Shown here piece by piece: positions 37,505 through 46,589 of a stretch of 64,000 nucleotides of DNA. The position numbers were made by a program, and so were the translations under genes. The DNA is from Candidatus Latescibacterota bacterium (GTDB taxonomy: Bacteria > Latescibacterota > UBA2968), in NCBI GenBank assembly GCA_965204375.1, contig OZ241986.1:4512001-4576000 (forward strand), written 5' to 3'. The notes below the pieces were generated by a model. It saw only the letters and a list, made by a program, of their open reading frames with translations. It searched no databases and was not told where the DNA came from. How positions within the stretch are numbered: the first letter of the stretch is position 1; each line of letters opens with the position of its first letter.

Positions 37505-40237
37505 TCAATTGACAATCACAAACAGACCCTTCTGGGTCTGCCCCAAACTCTCGGGATGGTGTGACTCAATCACCCAGATATACGTACCGGCATTGAGACG
37601 ACCCCGCGTATTGGCATTCAAGCCCACCGTATGCGTATCCCACTCGACCTCGCCCTGCACCACCGGGCTACCCCGCTGCGGATCGAGTGAATCAAAGGTA
37701 TCACGCCAGGCCAGATCGCCCGTCAGCGTGTAAATGTACAGCGTACACCTGCTCGGCACATTGATCCACCGGATGCGAGGCGCGCCATAGCTGTGCTCAT
37801 CCATGCCCTGTACCCAGGGATTGGGCACCACCCTGATCGGCAGTGACATGGACTCATTTTCATGATTGAGCAAGGCAGAGGTCAAGCGCGGCACAAGGCC
37901 ATTGGGGGGATTCAGATACTGATTGCGCTCATCCGAGTGCCCGGTTTCCAGACCCTGCTCATCAAAAGCGCGTACCGAATAGTGGTAAACAAATCCCTGG
38001 CTGGGCTCTGGATCAGTAAACATATAGGTACCCCAGCGGAAAGGACCATCAACCTCGGCTTCGGCAGGCTCCTCCTCGCCTTCTGCCCAGGGCTGATTGA
38101 TAAAAGAAGCACCCGGGGGCGCATCTGAGGGCAACTGCCGTTCGCCCTCAGGTCCCACAGCCTTGGGAATCGTCGCCAGCAATTTCCACGGACCAGCCCG
38201 CATAAAATCAGAGCGATAGATCCGATAACCCAGCACATCGGGACGACCCAGATCCGGATCAATCGCCGTATCGGCAATACCCGACCAGTTCAGTTCGACT
38301 TTCCCTTCCAGATTCGTCATCCCATTGACCTTCACATCGGGTGGTTGGTTAAGCCCGTCAAAACCCAGATCATACAGCTTTTGAGCCTCATTGCCGTGGG
38401 CATAAATCGCTTCGAGACCCAGTTCCAATTCGTCAACCAGACTCTGCTGCTGCCAGTTCCACTCGTAGGGACGCGCATAATTCCCGCTATCCATGCGATA
38501 TTTGGCTGAATTGGCCGCCATACCCGCCACATACGCGATCACGACTTTTGCTTTGTCGCCGGGACCCAGGGTATAGGGACCGTAAATCTGTGCATCGATC
38601 CACGCACCCAATTCCTCATTGTCGTGGTGCTGCACCATCCGATCGGTCTCATGATCTCCGAGCACGCCAGCAGCATCGCTATAGATGTCAAACAATTGAT
38701 TCTCGCCGTGCGTACCGCCATGCGGATCATCGCCTAATGCCGAAGAATACATCCGCCATCTGAACACAGTGTGGGGCTGTGGACCTTGCGGCTTCACATA
38801 ACCGCCTTTTCTATCCAGAGCATTAAAGGGATGCTCAGATGTACCCGTCGCAATCGGCATCATCCCGATGTACTGCGGAGAAAGCAACGTATCATCCTTA
38901 AAATTGGACGTTGATACGTATTGATGCTGTGCGCGGGATCGGGTATAAGGCTCACCCAAGTCATTCCACAGGCGGGCAACGGCATCGCCATCATACACAT
39001 ACGTCAGGTGCATCGGCGCACCCTTGTAGTTGTAGGCATATTCCGGATGATCGTAATTATCCGCCTGTGTATAGCGCCAGTGATCGTCTTGCGTGGAAGG
39101 CTGCACAAGGTTCCACGCATTCGAGTTCGATCCGCCAGCCGGCACCCACTCAGCACCGGTCTTGCTGGCGATAAACCCGTTCTTGACCACGATATAGACT
39201 TCGTCGAGTTGTTTGGGATATCCGGCATCTGCTTTGCCATCGCCATCTGTATCGCCGTTATTCCAGAACTCGATCTCCGTGATCAAAAAGTCGTCGTAAT
39301 CACCCCGGGTCATGATCGAAGACTGCTTGCCTTTAGGAGTTGGCACGGGGATCATCACGTCGTTATCAGTACCGGGTGTGGAATACGCATGGATCATCCG
39401 CTTCACCGTAATACCCGAAGCCTGTGTCCAGCCGGTCACCAGCAGATTCTCACCGAACAACTCGGGCGACAAACGCGGATCATTGGTCTTCACCCCATTC
39501 GATCGCATCTGATTCAATCCGGCGCGCACCCTTTTGTAGGATGACTCCAGCATCTGCTTGAACGACTCATTGTTCAGGGGATAAAATCCATAGCCCCAGT
39601 TGTAATAATCCATTGGCTCTACTTTTTCCGGTCCCGGCGGAAAAGCGCGTTGTCCCAAACCGCCGTAGGTACTGAAATCATACTGGTATTCCACAGCCTC
39701 GCCATTCACAAAATGGTGTGTGATCTTCATATCTCTCATGCGGGGCCAATAAAGCGCAGCATTCTGCCCGTAATTGAACAGATTAAAAGGGCGACCACCA
39801 GACCGCCACACAGACCGCCAGATCGATGCAATGCTTTCGACATTATTGCGCGGATTGTGCTGGATAGAAAAAATGTCTGCGGTTGGCTGGCGGGGACCTC
39901 CCTGAGATACAAACTTGCGACCATCATTTGTGCGCGCCATCACCCACACGCCATTGCCACGCGAATTGTCCTGCCGGTTCACGCGGTTCACAATACCCGA
40001 CGAATAGGTCGAAGTCCACCGTCCGGGATAAGACATGCCCACCTCAGCACCAATGATGGTACCGCCATCCAGCGAGTGCCCCAAGGTGCCGTTGTTGCGC
40101 ATCGACACCCAGAGCTTCGCGCGATTGGTCGTACGGCGGCGCGTGCGCTGCTGCGCCTCGACATCAATCGCCATATACAACTCCGACACACCCAACACAC
40201 CAATTAGAATTAGACAAAACAATAAAAACTTGCGCAT
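37505..40237 (-). CDS. Large secreted protein with FN3-like region and C-terminal sorting-like domain
   Basis: Signal peptide MRKFLLFCLILIG; VELNW...GYRIYRS...YHYSVRAFD; C-terminal IRVVPNP...IYTLTGDL...GTYIW. Confidence 0.8.
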   Translation of the reverse strand: MRKFLLFCLILIGVLGVSELYMAIDVEAQQRTRRRTTNRAKLWVSMRNNGTLGHSLDGGTIIGAEVGMSYPGRWTSTYSSGIVNRVNRQDNSRGNGVWVMARTNDGRKFVSQGGPRQPTADIFSIQHNPRNNVESIASIWRSVWRSGGRPFNLFNYGQNAALYWPRMRDMKITHHFVNGEAVEYQYDFSTYGGLGQRAFPPGPEKVEPMDYYNWGYGFYPLNNESFKQMLESSYKRVRAGLNQMRSNGVKTNDPRLSPELFGENLLVTGWTQASGITVKRMIHAYSTPGTDNDVMIPVPTPKGKQSSIMTRGDYDDFLITEIEFWNNGDTDGDGKADAGYPKQLDEVYIVVKNGFIASKTGAEWVPAGGSNSNAWNLVQPSTQDDHWRYTQADNYDHPEYAYNYKGAPMHLTYVYDGDAVARLWNDLGEPYTRSRAQHQYVSTSNFKDDTLLSPQYIGMMPIATGTSEHPFNALDRKGGYVKPQGPQPHTVFRWRMYSSALGDDPHGGTHGENQLFDIYSDAAGVLGDHETDRMVQHHDNEELGAWIDAQIYGPYTLGPGDKAKVVIAYVAGMAANSAKYRMDSGNYARPYEWNWQQQSLVDELELGLEAIYAHGNEAQKLYDLGFDGLNQPPDVKVNGMTNLEGKVELNWSGIADTAIDPDLGRPDVLGYRIYRSDFMRAGPWKLLATIPKAVGPEGERQLPSDAPPGASFINQPWAEGEEEPAEAEVDGPFRWGTYMFTDPEPSQGFVYHYSVRAFDEQGLETGHSDERNQYLNPPNGLVPRLTSALLNHENESMSLPIRVVPNPWVQGMDEHSYGAPRIRWINVPSRCTLYIYTLTGDLAWRDTFDSLDPQRGSPVVQGEVEWDTHTVGLNANTRGRLNAGTYIWVIESHHPESLGQTQKGLFVIVN

Positions 40238-40252
40238 CGTGTGATTCCTCCT

Positions 40253-40478
40253 ATTTTGCCCCGGCGTGCCTCCGCGCACCTACAAGTCCGCGGAATTTTC
40301 ACTCCTCTTCAGAGTCCTCCTTTCCCCTCCCAAGGACAATATTGAAAGAACCCACTCTTTTAATATTTATTAAACTCACTTATTGATTCTCTTGTTCCCC
40401 ATTTTTTGTACGAAATTGTAAGACTATGTTAAGCTATGTAAAACAAAACGCGCCCATTTCTCAATGGACGCGTTTTAT
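40253..40478 (-). pseudogene. Decayed duplicate of the TBDR leader and 5' coding fragments
   Basis: 40304-40478 resembles 37291-37468; 40253-40303 resembles 36769-36820 (SENSADL*VRGGTPGQN vs SENSAGLYVRGGTPGQN). Confidence 0.85.
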
Positions 40479-40487
40479 CGTATCTGA

Positions 40488-40555
40488 ACAGGCGGAAAGC
40501 CAACCAATACTATATCAATACGCCGATGTTAGAGTTATTTTTACAACTATCGGAT
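40488..40555. repeat. Left direct repeat of the 6-kb island (right copy 46535-46602)
   Basis: 42-bp identical core caaccaatactatatcaatacgccgatgttagagttattttt. Confidence 0.9.
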
Positions 40556-40572
40556 AGAGGAATTAATCGCCC

Positions 40573-40604
40573 AAAAAAAAGCCGCTCAAACAAGCGGCTT
40601 TTGC
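40573..40604 (-). terminator. Intrinsic terminator (copy 2) after the four-gene operon
   Basis: aaaaaaaagccgctcaaacaagcggcttttgc. Confidence 0.8.
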
Positions 40605-40672
40605 ATTAGGGGCGCTGAATCACTTCATCCCAAAAATCACGGCATCCCATTGGGACCAGCATTTCATCCAAT

Positions 40673-41527
40673 TTAGGGATCTATGGATAATGTCTCAGGA
40701 GTGAGAAATGCGAGCCAGTTCTGTACCGTTTCCATGTCCCTTCTTGCCTCGGTAACATTGAGGTTATAGGTCTCAGCGATTGAGCGAGATGCTCTTGGGA
40801 TTTCGATGTTATGCAACCGTATCACGGTGTTAGTGAAGGGGGCGGCGAGCAAACAAGCCGATGCCCACATTCGAACCTGCTCATCGGTCAACCCTGGAGG
40901 GATTCGGAGAGCTTGGATGTCGTGCTGCGCCGCTCGTTGCTCGTCGAATGAAGCTATCTCATCTTCTCTGTCTTGATATGAGAGTTCTAAATTCCTAAAA
41001 TCACGAGTCGCTGGTCGCCAAGTATCAAGCTGGGGTTGGTCGCCAGTAATTACGCTGTTACTCTGCGTACTGATCTCAGTTATGGCTTCCCAACGTGCGA
41101 ATTCGTCATCGCCTATTTCTCTCGATCCTTCCAGAAGTCCCTGCTGAAAGGCGTATGCATCAAAGTCGTCTCCCGGACGACAAAGGATCTCCAAGTTAGG
41201 TTGGCGCGACCATCCCATCGCGGACGATGTCAGGTTGGCAGATCCGATGAGGACCACACTATCGACTCGGTAGTATTTGGCATGAAGTGAGGGATGGAGC
41301 CTGAATGAGCCACCACGCTCAGTGACAATAGTGCGGCATTCAGTGTCGGACGCCCCTACAGCGAGGTCGTGCAAATTCCACCTCGTGATACAAATGAGGG
41401 ATGCGACTGGACTCACGTCTGCCAGAACTCTGGTAAGAGCATCCGTCTTAATATACGGTGCTGCCAAGATGAGATCCTGAGCACCTGAACAGAGCTGGCT
41501 CAACAAATCTCCTGGCCCAATAGACAT
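40673..41527 (-). CDS. Phospholipase D-family nuclease-like protein
   Basis: LAAPYIK, HxKxxxxD (HAKYYRVD), GSANLT, NLE. Confidence 0.85.
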   Translation of the reverse strand: MSIGPGDLLSQLCSGAQDLILAAPYIKTDALTRVLADVSPVASLICITRWNLHDLAVGASDTECRTIVTERGGSFRLHPSLHAKYYRVDSVVLIGSANLTSSAMGWSRQPNLEILCRPGDDFDAYAFQQGLLEGSREIGDDEFARWEAITEISTQSNSVITGDQPQLDTWRPATRDFRNLELSYQDREDEIASFDEQRAAQHDIQALRIPPGLTDEQVRMWASACLLAAPFTNTVIRLHNIEIPRASRSIAETYNLNVTEARRDMETVQNWLAFLTPETLSIDP

Positions 41528-41529
41528 AT

Positions 41530-43386
41530 TTATTCGTCCCTATCACGCAGTTGATTGATGACCTTATCTACTTGGCGCCCCCAATTCATACTGATGTTTT
41601 GGATATGCATTCGTTCTTCCCGTGATTCGGTCTGGTCTTCCATTCGTGCCCATGACGACAGTAATAATCGGATAGCGACACTGGCCTCAAATAAAGGATG
41701 GCTCTCGTCAATATTTTCGTCAAGACGACCTTCGATGTGCTTGAGCAGATTGTAGATTGGATGGTCAGTATTAAGATTGATATGCAGGACTCCTTGATTC
41801 GAGCGCACATTAAACATCTGATATCCGTCAAGTTGAGCTGGATTGAATTGATATGAGAGACCTTGCTCTACCAGCATCTTTGCGAGTTTTTGGGCTTCCT
41901 GACCGTCCTGACCAGATTCAATGAACTGTTCCGTAAGACCGGCTTCTCGCTCTTCGGATGGAATTTGCTCACGGTCTTTATCAGTGTTGGTTGGTGTCTC
42001 TATACCGGCCGTTATAGCGTCTCGGTCTGCATCAGTGGCAGTCTCTACAGCCTTAATTTCTGGGCTTCTACTGCCACCCCCATTCTGTGGGTTTCGTTTC
42101 TGATTAAACATCTGCCTTATGTCGCGCATCATGGAACGCGTTCGATCCCGGATGTCTCCCACGATATCGTATATGGGATCTTCGTCTATCCCCATCTCGT
42201 CAAGTATGACTTGATTAGGACGGTCATCACGAGCGAGGGTCTTAGCGGCCTGTGTAAAGTTTGCAACCATCTGTTTATTGTGGTCCACACCAAACAACTC
42301 ATCGCAGTTGCGAAAGAAGAGAACTTCACAGCCCCACCAGCGGTTCTGCGGATTCTCATCACTACCACCTTCTCTGAGGAAGGCATCTTCAAGAACGATC
42401 TCTCTATCTTCCCGGACGACTGATACACCAATGTTGTGTCTGGCGTGCTTACCATAATCGGTAGTGCCTGGATTCTGTGAGACTCTATCTGTTTTCAGGG
42501 CCTCAGGCGTCACAATTGAATATTTTACTTCAATAGTTACCTCCCGACCATCCACAATAGGTGTATAGTATTTCGTATCGCCGTATTGGGTAAACATCGG
42601 TTTACTATTCCATGGCTCAGGAGTAGATGTGGGATTCATCAAGTATAGAGGATCATTCGCGACAAATCGCGTCTCATCAAGTTCGGTAGGACGGATATCA
42701 AGGAAAGATACCGCTTTTATTCTATGTATTTCAGCATCAATGAAATGCCGATGGATGCGCCCAACTTATCGAGAAGTATTGTCGATTATCGTGCGAGCGG
42801 TTTTCCATTGAATCTTGTCCAATTTGCTCCACACTACAAGAGTGCCTGAGCGATTTCGATAGATCTCGTCGCTGCCAGCCGTTCTCCACACCTCAGGTAT
42901 AGGCGTGTCTTGGTCAGGAATCGGCACAAGGTGGTCACCTTGTGCTATGATATCAGCATCAATGCTGGAGTGCCATACTGAGTCCACACCGTCTTGCCAC
43001 GTCCACACATCTACTCTCTTGCATTGGGACATTGATGATGTGGGTAGGCCCATGCCATACTTTCCTATTCCCTTTTGAGAATTATGCCTGGTGCCCCCGC
43101 CAAACTTCAAGGCATCCAAAAGGGTCTGCCAGTCCATCCCTGTACCATTATCCAAGACAGCCATTTTAGATATTCGCCGCTGTCGCCTCTGCGACTCCGT
43201 CCTATGGACTTTCTCCATGCAAAGAAGTTCGATTTGTTCGGCATCGGCCTCTATCGAGTTGTCTATGAGTTCTGCTATGGCATAGGCGGTATTATGATAC
43301 CGACTGTCCCGAAGAGCTCGTATCGTGAAGCTGCTGGGAAATAGGCTGCGATCTGCGTCTTTTAGGTCGTTGAGTTGTTCGACCAT
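41530..43386 (-). pseudogene. MORC-like GHKL ATPase (618 codons) with one in-frame TAA at 42766-42768
   Basis: AIAELIDNS, DNGTGM, GIGKYGMGL, SGTLVVW; frame continues through the stop (TSR*VGRIHRHF) into GVSVVREDREI and NRWWGCEV. Confidence 0.85.
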
Positions 43387-44609
43387 AGTTCCTCCCAATT
43401 CGTGAATGCATCTGTCACAGACCCGAAACCCGGAAGGTTCGTATCTGCAACGGTGAATATCTCGGCTTTTGGATTTCCGCCTGACCGGGGCCCGCGCATC
43501 GCTCGACCTGCCATTTGTGAGTAGAGTACCAGTGATGTGGTAGGCCGGGCGATAATGACGCAACGAGTCCTGGGCGCGTCAAAACCGGCGGTAAGCACGC
43601 CGTAGTTGAACACCACTTTATGCTCCCTGCTGTCGCTCCTAAAGTCATCAACAATAGATCGGCGATCTTCACCTGGTGTATTCGCTGTTACCACTGCACT
43701 TGCAACTCCTTTACTGCGGAGAAGTCTGTTGCATTCCACAGCACTTTCAACAGAAGGGCAAAAAACAATTGTACGAAGGTGGCGTCTAACTGCATCCTCT
43801 GTGAGTTCGACTATTTTTATTGTCCGCTCGTGGTTGCGACCCAGATCGTCCAACTCATGAGTGCTGTAATCCATACCAGGTTGAGGATCTGTAATTACGA
43901 TATCGGAGTCGAAGCTGATCGGCACAAAGCGGGGATCGGCGAGGTAGCGATTCTGGATTAGATAGGTAACGGGGCTATCGTAACCTCTTGGATCTATCGA
44001 AACCTTGTTGTGATTGAACATGTCGGCAAGTCGATAGTCCTCATCCGTTAGATTCGCTGTGCGTCCTGGCGTAGCCGTAAGACCAAGGAGGGGCGGCCTA
44101 ACACTGCATAGCTGCTCAGTTATAAAAGAGTAAGTTTCCGCAACTGCCTGATGAGCCTCGTCAAAAATGACGGCAGCAGCACAGTTCGCAAGGTGTGCAA
44201 GGAGAGTGTTGTCTTGGAATGCAGCAGAGCGCAGTTTGGCAAGACCTGTCACCAAGAACCCGGATGGAAGACGCCGTAGATCAAGTGACCGGCTTCCCCA
44301 GTTTCGATGAATGGAGGCATCCCACCGTCCCAGATATGTCCAGGCGTCTGCGAGTTGGTTTGCCGCTTGTTCGCAAAGTTCCTCAGTAGCAGCCAACCAG
44401 ATGACCAAGGAATTATCGGTGTCTTTTTCGTTGAGCAAGTGACATGCCGTGTGGGCTGCGATTCTGGTCTTTCCCGCACCGGTAGGAAGATGAGCCACGG
44501 CTCGACGTTCAGGAGATGATAGGGCATGAAGGATGTCAGTCAACACCTGCCGCTGGTAGGGATATAGCGGGAACTTCGGCCTGACCGTTTCCACCTCTGT
44601 TTCAGACAC
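43362..44609 (-). CDS. SF2 DEAH-box helicase (ResIII/SSL2-like)
   Basis: HLPTGAGKT, WLAATEELCEQA, FDEAH, GLTATP, VLTAGFDAP, YSQMAGRAMRG; likely GTG start overlapping upstream TGA. Confidence 0.9.
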   Translation of the reverse strand: MSETEVETVRPKFPLYPYQRQVLTDILHALSSPERRAVAHLPTGAGKTRIAAHTACHLLNEKDTDNSLVIWLAATEELCEQAANQLADAWTYLGRWDASIHRNWGSRSLDLRRLPSGFLVTGLAKLRSAAFQDNTLLAHLANCAAAVIFDEAHQAVAETYSFITEQLCSVRPPLLGLTATPGRTANLTDEDYRLADMFNHNKVSIDPRGYDSPVTYLIQNRYLADPRFVPISFDSDIVITDPQPGMDYSTHELDDLGRNHERTIKIVELTEDAVRRHLRTIVFCPSVESAVECNRLLRSKGVASAVVTANTPGEDRRSIVDDFRSDSREHKVVFNYGVLTAGFDAPRTRCVIIARPTTSLVLYSQMAGRAMRGPRSGGNPKAEIFTVADTNLPGFGSVTDAFTNWEELWSNNSTT

Positions 44610-45471
44610 CGCAAAGGCCTTCGCATTCGTTTTCAAAGTGATTGATCCCTTCCCCTCCCTCTGTTTCTTGCTCATCAATAACGCTGTCAAGGGGACGACG
44701 TGCAGAATGTAGATATGGCCGACCGTGTAGCAATTCCCTTACAGGATTCTTTGTACTATGGCGGAGCCATCGATCAAAATGCACAGCCTCCTCGTAGCTA
44801 TCTGGTTCAGACTGCTTTAGTTCCAACCAATGTTCGTCTGACCGATAAGGACAGATGACGCAAGCTGACCGGGGCAGGTGGCGACCTGGATATTCCGAGT
44901 TAAACCATTCAACACAATCTTGGCGTGTCATACCAATATCCACTAGTGGCCAGCGATGTTCGACCCACCGTTCTCGGCTCGGCTTCATGCGGCCCACTTC
45001 ATCCAGCGAAATTCCGATCCACATTTCGGCGTGGGTGTTCTTGGGAAATGGTCGGCCGCGCTGTCCTCCCGCGAGTTCCCTAACCCGTCGATAAATAGGC
45101 TTAATCTTGTAGTGAGTGGTGCATTGCCGCCGCAACATGCCCTTCTTCCCATCCCCATTGACAGTGAATAAGGGAACATCAACAAAGTTGTGACCCGACA
45201 CCGTGCGGGCTTTTTTAAGATTAGTTTTTAGATCGCCTTCAGACACGCGAATCAGTGGATATTGGAGTTGCTCTTCAAGCCAGTCCAAATGTTGATATAC
45301 ATAAGCTGGCTCCCATCCAGTATCAGCGAAGACGGCGACGTCAGGTTTAGGATAGCCCAACTCAATCAAACGAGGGTGGGACCTCGATAGGAGGAGTGCT
45401 AAAACAGAACTCTGTACGCCAGCCCCCAAGCTCAGGGCACGATAGGTTACGGTGCTCGTCTTCACGACCAT
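44602..45471 (-). CDS. PP-loop/PAPS-reductase-like Cys-rich enzyme (phage-type family)
   Basis: LSLGAGVQSS, FADTGWEP, RRQCTTHYKIKPI, WIGISLDE, RWPL, RSACVICPY, C-terminal ECEGLCGV; AAGGAGG RBS. Confidence 0.78.
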   Translation of the reverse strand: MVVKTSTVTYRALSLGAGVQSSVLALLLSRSHPRLIELGYPKPDVAVFADTGWEPAYVYQHLDWLEEQLQYPLIRVSEGDLKTNLKKARTVSGHNFVDVPLFTVNGDGKKGMLRRQCTTHYKIKPIYRRVRELAGGQRGRPFPKNTHAEMWIGISLDEVGRMKPSRERWVEHRWPLVDIGMTRQDCVEWFNSEYPGRHLPRSACVICPYRSDEHWLELKQSEPDSYEEAVHFDRWLRHSTKNPVRELLHGRPYLHSARRPLDSVIDEQETEGGEGINHFENECEGLCGV

Positions 45472-45533
45472 TTCGAAAGCCTCCTTGATTCAGTTGCATG
45501 AATGTCTGCTCAGGACAGATAAAAATATGAGAT

Positions 45534-45562
45534 ATTATAGTCAGTAGCGGTAAAAGGGTCAA
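45534..45562 (-). promoter_or_regulatory. Sigma70 promoter for the four-gene operon
   Basis: Minus strand TTGACC-17 bp-TATAAT, about 60 bp upstream of ATG 45471. Confidence 0.8.
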
Positions 45563-45735
45563 GGGAGAGGATGGAAAATTTTTGATATCGTTAAATGGCG
45601 GTAAGCAGTTTTTATAGACTGCTTACCAAACGAGTTTTCGCTATAGATTACAGGCTGACTGATGTTACGCGATGTCCCTGTATTTCGTCCTGCATTGGGA
45701 ACTCACGTCACGCATCTAACGTCGCTCAGAATCTC

Positions 45736-45974
45736 AGCAAATATCAGGCCAATGTCACAGCATCGCGTGACAAATTGTATGGACAGCATCAAAAACCCTT
45801 ATTATGTCTTCGATATGCTGTATTGCGCCCTTGTTCACGACCTGAATTTTAAGGATCGTCTGTTGAAAAGAAAGCGGCACAGAACAATTTCGGATGCGAA
45901 AGTGTATATTTTGAGCGATGAATGAGTGGTCAGGTGAAAGATATGTACCGCTTGACCATGTAGCTGCCGCGGTG
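45736..45974 (+). repeat. ~220-bp diverged dispersed repeat, copy B
   Basis: Homologous to 17977-18195. Confidence 0.85.
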
Positions 45975-46011
45975 GTTATCTGTGTGTGCTTGCGTAACGC
46001 GAGAGGCTAAC

Positions 46012-46042
46012 AAAAAAAGCCGCTCAAAAGAGCGGCTTTTGC
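46012..46042 (-). terminator. Intrinsic terminator (copy 3)
   Basis: aaaaaaagccgctcaaaagagcggcttttgc. Confidence 0.8.
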
Positions 46043-46055
46043 AATCGCACTACCA

Positions 46056-46113
46056 TCAGACCGTCGCCTGCAGATCCTTCAGATAACTCAACGTATCGCG
46101 GATACTCGCCTCT
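46056..46113 (-). pseudogene. Duplicate of the sugar-isomerase gene 3' end (copy 1)
   Basis: EASIRDTLSYLKDLQATV* vs EASIRDTLSYLKELQATV* at 48981-49038. Confidence 0.85.
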
Positions 46114-46115
46114 TT

Positions 46116-46376
46116 TTAGCGTTGATATACGTCTCCCGTTTCACGAAGCAAATCGCGCAAAGGCCGTGTCTCGCTATTCTCCTCGTTCGCTTCTTCCATT
46201 AACATGGTATCAACAGCATCCTGCAAGTGAGGAGGAAGCGTCTCCCAATCTGTTTCCCGAGCCACCTTTTGAATTAAAGTCTTGAAATCGTCATATCCAA
46301 GTATCACCTCTATGACCTCACCTGAATCATCATATACCCATTTTGGAGAACGAGATTTTTCGAGAATGCGTGTCAT
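46116..46376 (-). CDS. Small antitoxin-like hypothetical protein
   Basis: 86 aa, PKWVYDDSGEVIEVILGYDDF pattern; no toxin downstream. Confidence 0.55.
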   Translation of the reverse strand: MTRILEKSRSPKWVYDDSGEVIEVILGYDDFKTLIQKVARETDWETLPPHLQDAVDTMLMEEANEENSETRPLRDLLRETGDVYQR

Positions 46377-46440
46377 ATTACCCTCAATAGTATTGATCAA
46401 GTTAAATCTGAAAATAAGTTGAATTTCTATTGATGTCAAT

Positions 46441-46536
46441 TCAGGACTGTCGCTTATAGCTCTTTCAAATACCTCAGCGTATCGCGGATGCTTGCCTCAG
46501 TCGTATCCGACGTCCCTTTCTCTACACACAGCGGAC
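46441..46536 (-). pseudogene. Duplicate of the sugar-isomerase gene 3' end (copy 2)
   Basis: PLCVEKGTSDTTEASIRDTLRYLKEL*ATV vs PLCVEKGASETTEASIRDTLSYLKELQATV. Confidence 0.85.
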
Positions 46537-46589
46537 AGGTGGAAAATCAACCAATACTATATCAATACGCCGATGTTAGAGTTATTTTT

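Noticed and set aside
41530-43563. Two separate genes, a frameshift, or recoded readthrough in MORC
   Set aside because: Both pieces are in the same frame, and TAA is not a Sec or Pyl codon
44602-45471. Calling the PP-loop enzyme dndC, sspD, cysH or queC
   Set aside because: Motifs differ (SLGAGVQS rather than SGGKDS/SGGLDS) and the partner genes are absent
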